A stretch of 64,000 bases of DNA, taken from Mytilus californianus (taxonomy: Eukaryota). Location: positions 121,830,001 through 121,894,000 of the forward strand of contig NW_026262581.1 of NCBI RefSeq assembly GCF_021869535.1, read 5' to 3'. Below, piece after piece: positions 39,401 through 46,900 of the stretch. The notes beneath the pieces are model-generated. The model worked only from the letters and a program-made list of their open reading frames with translations, was not told the DNA's origin and did no database searches. Every line of letters starts with the position of its first letter. Position 1 is the stretch's first letter. A program made the position numbers and the translations under genes.

Positions 39401-40447
39401 GAGATCCACCTTTGCAAAATCTTAGCAATTTAAGAAGCGCAATTGTTGCTGAATGGAATAAATTTGCTCAACTAAAGTTCAGAAGGCTTGTACAGAGTAT
39501 GAGACTCCGTGTTATGGAACTGTACCGGAAGAGAGGGTGTTACACATCCTGTTGACTCAAATATTGACATTAAATTTTCCGAACATACCAAAGATTATTT
39601 GTAGAGACTCTTAATGCTATTGGGTGATTAATTGTTGTAAAAAAATAAAATCACAGTGAAACTAAAATTCCGTTTCTGATTTGTGTAATTTTCACTATTT
39701 CTATGAACGCAAATTTCAAATGCATAGAACCTGCATACGTAAACAAACCTAAGTCTACGGTATTGTAAATTATTGTGAACTGACATTTTCCTCTATGTGA
39801 ATGGAGGTGTGCCTTGATTTGCAGAATTACGATTACAGATTACAGAATGGTATGTGTTAACTATATAATTTCCTGGACTGATAATAAATAGTGTTTATAT
39901 GTATGTGTACAAATGTACACTTCATTACAATCAGATAAAATTAAATCATTATGAAATCATCTTCATGGGAAAATGTCTGATAGGGGACTCAATGTGATCC
40001 TACACATTAATTTCAAGTGACTTGTGTATTAATATTGGAAAGATTGAATTCCCCTAACTTTCCCTTCAATTCCAGGAAGGAAATTTGGTATAATCCCAAA
40101 TATAGAAATTATATATTCCTGTGTAACTATCTATATACTCTAAGTCTCTAATGAAACTGTAACTAATATTTTAGACTGGCACAATTAAAATTATTATGAA
40201 TTTATCTGGTTTTTTTTCAAGGATTCGACTATACAAATCCGTTACGTTTTTTTCCATATTGATATTTTCGGAAGTAAATTTTTCGTTACTTTACACTGTT
40301 TCAAAATCTTTGTGTCGTGTTTGTTGTAGACATAATTCAATGCTTAAACACGTGAGTCTAACTATAAGTTTTAAATTGCACATAACAAAAGTAATTTAAC
40401 GAACAAAAGGCTGAAATATAAAAGTGGAATACCTCCATAGAAGCCAT
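30424..40447 (-). CDS. UBE2W: Ubiquitin-conjugating enzyme E2 W (N-terminal ubiquitinating E2), 6 coding exons
   Basis: Exons 40433-40447 (MASME), 36441-36532, 35990-36092, 33215-33370, 31736-31811 and 30424-30437, all with GT-AG introns and consistent phases. Translation: [22 protein letters not shown]...[16 protein letters not shown]...[12 protein letters not shown]...[23 protein letters not shown]...[29 protein letters not shown], matching the UBE2W-specific C-terminus. Confidence 0.96.
31205..31682 (-). mobile_element. HINE-like element family D in UBE2W intron 5
   Basis: Reverse-complement match to 58111-58936 (internal unit containing 'catctcatttccatggag' and both termini). Confidence 0.6.
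31736..31811 (-). CDS. UBE2W: UBE2W exon 5
   Basis: ttattgcag|AAG AGA CCA CCT GAT...TGG TGG TAT CAT G|gtaagt. Confidence 0.95.
31868..32035 (+). mobile_element. tRNA-derived SINE
   Basis: A-box-like TGGTCGAATGG (31875) and B-box-like GAGTTCAAATCC (31943), then a non-tRNA body ending in a TA-rich tail. Confidence 0.65.
32060..32455 (-). mobile_element. Second probable tRNA-derived SINE, convergent with 31868-32035
   Basis: Minus-strand head with B-box-like 'aggttccagcc', GC-richer than the flanks, interrupted by (TA)n tracts. Confidence 0.4.
33215..33370 (-). CDS. UBE2W: UBE2W exon 4 (catalytic Cys region)
   Basis: [52 protein letters not shown]; tttcag acceptor, AAG|gtaaca donor. Confidence 0.97.
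34172..35126 (-). mobile_element. HINE/DINE-like element family B in UBE2W intron 3
   Basis: Same termini as 49417-51909 (sub-terminal 'atacgaccgca' inverted repeats, (GTC)n microsatellite, 3' stem-loop); about three internal ~155-bp units. Confidence 0.75.
35990..36092 (-). CDS. UBE2W: UBE2W exon 3
   Basis: tcttttag|A TGG ATA GTT GAC...TCA CCA CAG|gtaagt. Confidence 0.96.
36441..36532 (-). CDS. UBE2W: UBE2W exon 2
   Basis: cttttcag|AAA AGA TTG CAG AAA GAA CTT...TTA TCT GA|gtaagt ([30 protein letters not shown]). Confidence 0.93.
37687..37950. repeat. Minisatellite, ~52-bp unit, ~4.5 copies
   Basis: Unit 'ccatgtcaactaataccaaaatttgcaaacttggtaccattgtcagctcata' repeated in tandem. Confidence 0.9.
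38253..39880 (+). mobile_element. Tc1-family DNA transposon in UBE2W intron 1
   Basis: Left end TA|CAGTCCGCCAAAAGTTAAGCACCACC plus a transposase gene. The right TIR is only tentatively located (degenerate '...ttaact...ggactg' ending 39880). Confidence 0.8.
38530..39555 (+). pseudogene. Tc1 DD34E transposase pseudogene
   Basis: ORFs 38530-38961 and 39133-39555 are in the same frame, separated by one TGA (38959). N-terminal HTH region with the GRPR motif, DNARPH and SPDMNPIE (34 residues between D and E). The first catalytic D reads N (WSNE). Confidence 0.9.
40433..40447 (-). CDS. UBE2W: UBE2W exon 1 (MASME)
   Basis: ATG GCT TCT ATG GAG|gtattc; phase 0 into exon 2; equivalent to vertebrate MASMQ. 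Confidence 0.85.
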
Positions 40448-40664
40448 GATCGTCTGTCTGTTTACCTTTAGTTTCGAATAAAAAGAAACTATAAATTCAT
40501 TGTGTTATCGTGCTTCTAATAATTAAAAGTACATACCAGTAGGTATCTAATTCAGATACATTAATTTTGTGAAAATGCATTCCATGCCAGAGGTTTGAAT
40601 TTTATACGAAACTGAGTCTTTACATCAAGCTTCTTCTTATTTTTCCAGCTCGACATCATCTACG
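40448..40664. promoter_or_regulatory. Probable bidirectional promoter / 5' UTRs shared by UBE2W and BPNT2
   Basis: Only 217 bp separate the two divergent start codons. Confidence 0.65.
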
Positions 40665-40991
40665 ATGGGACCTGCAAATGTAAGAATTAACCCTGTTGGT
40701 GGAGCTGTATTTATAGCTCTTGGTGTATGTGCAGCTTTGTACATGTTTGGTCTTCCCGACTGGTTCCATAGAGAACCCAGAGTTAGCATGAAAGAACTTT
40801 TATCAGTGTGTATACAGCTTGCACAAGAAGGGGGCAAACGAGTAAAAGATGTAAGACTAGCAAGTAATGAACTCGCGGAAAATCTGAAAGGAAAAACTGA
40901 CGAAGGTGTCAAAGATGTTAAGACAGAAGGAGATACACAGTCTCACAGGGCTATTGTATATGGATTGGCAAAAGCATTCCCTGGTCTGAAG
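40665..40991 (+). CDS. BPNT2: BPNT2/IMPAD1 exon 1
   Basis: [10 protein letters not shown]...KAFPGLK|gtacat. Confidence 0.93.
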
Positions 40992-43900
40992 GTACATGTT
41001 ATGTAAGATCTAATGCAAGTAATTGTATAATCTATTATCTAGTCATTTAGTATTGGGTTCAGTGTTTTGTATCTACAATGGCAGTATTCTTCACAGGCCC
41101 TTAAAGCACCACAGATTTGGGGTATATAATTTCGGAGCATGGTCTTATCAGTGAGTGATTCTAGATATCTGGCCTGTGGTGCTATACATGTTATATCCGT
41201 CTAAAAATCATAAAATTTTATCCAACTTGATTGATGTTATATATACTTACTTACTTATAGTTACTTATAGTTGATTTCCAGTACAGGACCCCTCAAGGTT
41301 CCTCTTCACCAGACTCATAATTTAATGTTTTTCTATTACTGTTTTGTCCGTGACTTCCGGATATTTCTGCTCTGTAGTCATTATAGTATATCTCTTCGTC
41401 TGACCAAAATTTGTCTAATCGGTTTTTAAATGCATTTATTGATGGTGACTTTGTTATTTTATCTGGTAATTTGTTCCAGGTTTTAGCAATTCTAACAGAG
41501 AAAGAGTGTTTACGGATATTTGTTTTGAATCTTTGATGAATGACTTTATTACTGTTGGTCCTGCTACTGAATCTTTGTTGAGAATCATCTGCCGTTCTTA
41601 AAAATGAGCTTACTTCTTTGTCGTAGTATCCATTCATTGTTTTGAAAGTTTCAATCATATCCCCTCTTATTCTCCTATACGATAATGTTGGTAAGCCTAG
41701 TTTTTTAAGTCGCTCTGGGTAGCTCATGTCTTTGAGACCTGGTAATTGTTTTGTTACCCTTCTTTGGACACCTTCTATTTTGTCGATATCTTTTTTCCTG
41801 TATGGGGACCAGACTGAGCTGGCATAATCTAGGTGGGTTCTAACCATGGTTTTGTACAATGGCATGAATGTCTCAATTCCCAAGTACTTAAATGTTCTTC
41901 TAAGAACTGCAAATATAGAGTTGGCCTTGTTCACTTTTTCACTTATGTGATTTTCAAAGGTGAGTTCTGAGTCAATAAGGACTCCTATATCTTTTTCCTC
42001 TGTAACTTGTGCTATTGGATGGTTTAGAAGACTATAATTTGATGGTTGGTCAGTGCTATTAGATTTCTTACATATTTTCATATATTTACATTTTTCCGGG
42101 TGAAATTTGAGTAGCCATTTGTCACTCCAGGATTCCATCTTGTTAAGGTCTTCTTGTAGAATTTGTCTGTCTTTCTGGGTTTTTATTATTCTAAAGATCT
42201 TGGTATCATCCGCAAATAGGTATGCATCAGAATCCACTTGGTCTGGAAGATCATTTATATATAGAACAAATAGTAATGGTCCTAGTACAAATGTAGTACT
42301 GATCCTTGGGGTATCCCAGATGTAACGTTAGCCCAGTCTGATTCTTCACCATTCACTATGACCTTTTGTTTCCTATCTTTTAAGAAGCTTGTTATCCACC
42401 CTACTATATCTTCACTGACACCTAGATTTTTGATTTTGGCTATTAATCTTTTATGAGGTACCTTATCAAAGGCCTTCATAAAATCAGTATATATAGAGTC
42501 TATGTCTAAACCTTGATCTAATGCCTCTGTCCACTTATCAATCACTTCTAATAATTGAAGACCAGTTGACCTCCCTGCAATAAATCCGTATTGCTTTTTA
42601 GAGAATAAGTTGTTCTTTTTCATATGCTCTATAATAAATTCACGCAATATCTTCTCCATTATTTTGCATACTACAGATGTCAAACTGACTGGTCTATAAT
42701 TTTTGGCTAGTGACTTATTACCCTTTTTAAATATAGCACTTATCATAGCATTTTTCCAATCGTTAGGTACTGTCTTACTTTCAAGTGATTGATTATATAT
42801 TATACATAAAGGATTTGCCAATGATTCAGCAATCTCTTTTAGCAGCCTAGGGTGTAGTTTGTCCATACCTGGAGATTTATCTATTTTCAATGCATTTAAG
42901 TGTTTCAGCACTACTTCTTCCTTTATTTTCTGATTTGACATTACATTAGTTACTAATACCGGCGTTGGTGATGGCACTACTCCGTCAGGTTCCTTGGTGA
43001 ATACGCTGGAAAAGTATTCTACTAGTAATTTGGCCTTCTTGCTATTATCCTCCGTTTTATCTGATTTTGTGTCTTCTGGATCCAGGTGTAAATCCCCAAT
43101 TCCTTCTTTGGTTTTAGTTTTTGACTTGATATAACTCCAGATAGCTTTTGGGTTTTCTTTAGCTTTTTCAGACAGATTTTTCTCATATTCCCTCTTCAAC
43201 TTATTTACTCTACTTTTTACTTGATTCCTTATCTTATTGTATTCTTTCCTCACATCTGGGTCGTTATTATGCGTTATCTTTTTTGAGAGGATGTTTTTCC
43301 TTTTAATTTTAACTATGGTGTTTTTATCCATTGGAAAATTGTTTTTCCCTCTCCCGATTTGTTTCCTTTCTTTTGTTGGTATATATTTTTTGTCCATATC
43401 TTGAATTATACTTAAAACTGATCTCCAATTTTCGTTTATATCATTTTCTTTCTGTAGTAATTCTGACCATTTAATGTTATCTAGTTCTTCTTTTATTTTT
43501 ATGTAGTTTCCTCTATTAAATAATTTAATTATTTTTGGTTTACTTTTAATATTTGTATAGCAACTAAAGTCAAATTTCATAGTGCAGTGATCGCTTTTTC
43601 CCAGTGGACTTTGGTATTCTAAATTTGAGATCATATTTTCCTCATTTGTTAAAATCAGGTCTAGGGTATGGGGTGTATTTGTACCCCTCCATCGTGTTGG
43701 TCTTGTAACATGTTGAAATAAGAAGTTTTCTTGTAGATTCTCTAAAAATTTGTATTCATTACTTTCTGTACTTTCACCTGGTGAATTCCAACTGTCCCAG
43801 TTTATTTCAGGAAAATTATAATCTTCCATTAATAGGATATGTGAGTAGCCTTTACTACAAGCTTCAGTGGTAAGCGTATTTAATTGTTTAGTGTATTCCT

Positions 43901-46900
43901 GTGATCTGTTTGATGGTGTTCTGTATATTAGTCCTAATAATAGCTGGTCTGACTGGTTTAAATTAATCTTAATAAATAAGTTTTCTTGGAATTCTGTATT
44001 CATTTGGACCTGTGATGCGTCCAGTTGTTTATCTATGTACAATAAAAGACCTCTGCCTGTGTCAACGTCTAGGTTTTTACCAAACATGTTGTAATCGGAT
44101 ACATCGGCTAAAGAATATTCTGAAATTCCTGGTTTGTACCGATTATTTTTAGGTTTAACCTCTGTAATACCAATTATTTTTGGTTTATCGTCTCTTGTTC
44201 TTACTGTTAATTCAGGCAGCTTGTTGAATAACTGATCTGCATTTGTGTATATACAGCTTAATTTGGGTAAAACTGTAAAATTATCTGTTTTTACATTTTT
44301 AAAAACCTTTTTACCATTAAAATTATTTACATTCTCTTTTCCTCTTTTATCTTTTAGGAGTCTAGCTTCCTTAATTTGACAACCTTCCTTGCCCAAGGTG
44401 GGCCCCTTACTTTGAAATGGTAGTCCCCCGAAATCTCTTCTTCGGTTTGTCTTCTCGCTTGATCCCACAATCTTTTCTCTTGCTCTCTTTCTGCTTGGGT
44501 TAGGTCGTTACTGACTCCCACTTTTTCGTATTTTGGGTTTGTTTTTATATAATGGATGTTTCTAAATAGGGTGATCTTAGGTTCTGCACTAGGTAATTTT
44601 ACTAGGATTGGTCTATTTAGCTTTTCTTTGTTAAATTTCCCAAGTCTTTTAACCATTTTCAAATTTTCCTTATCCAGTTTTATTTTGCAGTCTGTAAAGA
44701 GCTCGTTTAGTTTTTCTTTGTCAGTATTATCTCTTACTTCTTTGCTCTCGTCATCTATTTCAGGGATCCCAAAGACGATCAGGTTATTTTCTCTTGCCTT
44801 TCTCTCATTAATTTCTTCAAGAACATTTGTTACAGTCTCCTTTCTTGTTATAGGATTGGCTGCTATATCTATCTCATTGTTTGTGGAATCGCTATCTCCT
44901 TTATTCTCGGGCTTTTGTATCTTGCTTATTTCTTCTGTTATTATGGCTTTAACTTTTTCCTCATTACAACTTTCTTCTATGATTGGTGCCTCTATTTTGC
45001 CAACTTCCTCTTGTACCATCAATTTTACCATATCGTCATTGCAGTTTTTTATTTCCTCTCTAACAATCTCCTTGACTTTATCCTCGTCACATTTATTTTC
45101 AACTGTTTTTTCAAGTAATGTAATTCTTTCCTCATAACTCTCCATTATCTGTTTGCACCTTCTTTCTATTTCAATATCGGTGACTGCATGTTGTTCCATG
45201 ACTATTCTGCATTTCCCACAAAACCACATTGCATCTGTTTTACATAGCATGCTGTATTCCGCTTTTGTTTTCTTTAGACCGGTTATGCAGAAATGTTCCT
45301 TACACCTTTGGCATTCCATAAGTTGAGCCTCTGGCTCCCTGAAGATTTTGGTACATTTTGCGCATGTCCACGCTTCATCCTCATCTTGACTTGTTTTTTT
45401 GTGACGATTTGGGGCCTGTGGTACTGTTTTTTCTGGTTGACGCCATACTTCTTACTTAATAAAAATAGGGCTTCCCTATTTTTTTTTTTTTTTTTATTAT
45501 TATTATTTTTTTTTTTTTTTTTTTTTTTACCTGGCTGAGGAATTGTATAAGGCTTCCTTACACCAACTTATTTTGTAGTACTTTATTTTATTCTACTTTT
45601 ATTTAAAGGACAAGGCTACCCTATCCTTGTCTAAAGTTCGATTTCAAATGAAGCTAGACTATCCTAATTTTGACAGGGCTTCCCTATCACGTGTTTAATT
45701 TATTTTGGGACAAGGCTTCCCCATCCGTTTGACATAAACTGCACTCTCAAATGATAGAAATAGGGCTTCCCTGTTTCCTCAATAACTATCTCTCTTTACT
45801 TATTTTTCAGGACAAGGATTCCTTATCCTCCTAAAATTTTTTAGCACTGACCTTTTTAATAAAAACAAGGCTTCCTTTGTTTTTATTTCTCCTTGTTGTA
45901 TATATTCCTTTCCCTTACTCAGAAGACAAGGCTTCCTTGTTTTCTGTTCACGTTTTAAATAAAACTAGGCTTACCTCTACGTAATAGGGCTTCCCTATTA
46001 CTTTAAAAATTTTTTCAATTTTTTTTTTTTTTAAAATTATTATTTCTCTGTTAGAATATGCTTTTTTGCTTTAAATTTGAAGACAAGGCTTCCTTGTCTA
46101 TGGAACTGAAGTACCTATCTATAGAGTCAATATTTCACTTCGTTATGTACAGAACAGGGCTTCCCTATTCTGTCTTGCCTCCCCAATAATTTACTATGCC
46201 CAGACAAGGCTTCCCTATCTGGGTTTATTATATATATATATATAATAATAACAGTTCCCTTTTACTTTATGCAACTGAAACAGGGCTTCCCTATTTCAGT
46301 GACTCCTCCTTAACAGGTTTCAGACACTTCTAGGGATAGCTCCACCATTTTGTAAACCCATAGTTTAGCTAGCGTTCTATTTGGGTGGATGCCGTCTGAC
46401 AATAACTTATAGTTTTTCCTGTACCTCACCCTGGTTTTGTTTTTGGGTTTGTTCGATATTATTTGGTCTTGTGAAAATCTGGGTGCTCTATACTTCTTAT
46501 TAAGTAATTTTAATTGACTATTATAGTAGTCTACTTGGTAGCACAGTTCTTTATCCAAGCTACTCGCTTGTGTTACTGATCTAAACCCTTTAGACTTATC
46601 AATTACTAATGCCGGGTAATGCCTCTTGTTTCTTTCCTTTTTTGTTACAATTCTGGTACCACTATACTTTTTCACTACTAAGGAGTAGTTTGATGGTTTT
46701 TTCTGATTGTTGTTTTGTTCTAATATGTCTTTATTTTTCTTCCCTTCTCTGATTGTTTTATTAAATGTGGAGATTGAATAATATGGGCATTCAAGAAAGA
46801 TTATAGTGACATATTTGAATCTTGTAAGTATTTTGTCTCTTAGTTCTCTATAGCCTGTTAGAATTGACTCTATATTTTGATAGGGGTAAATTCTTAGGTA

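Noticed and set aside
40637-40912. Minus-strand 91-aa ORF
   Set aside because: Antisense shadow of BPNT2 exon 1.
43867-45137. Plus-strand ORFs (43867-44094, 44556-45137, 44915-45118)
   Set aside because: Antisense shadows of the A-rich LINE ORFs; Ser/Leu/Phe-rich with no domain signal.
45461-46300. CRISPR-like appearance (palindromic repeats with unique spacers)
   Set aside because: Eukaryotic intron context, no cas genes, repeats vary in their outer stems, and spacers are irregular, low-complexity and A/T-rich. Kept as a structured-RNA array instead.
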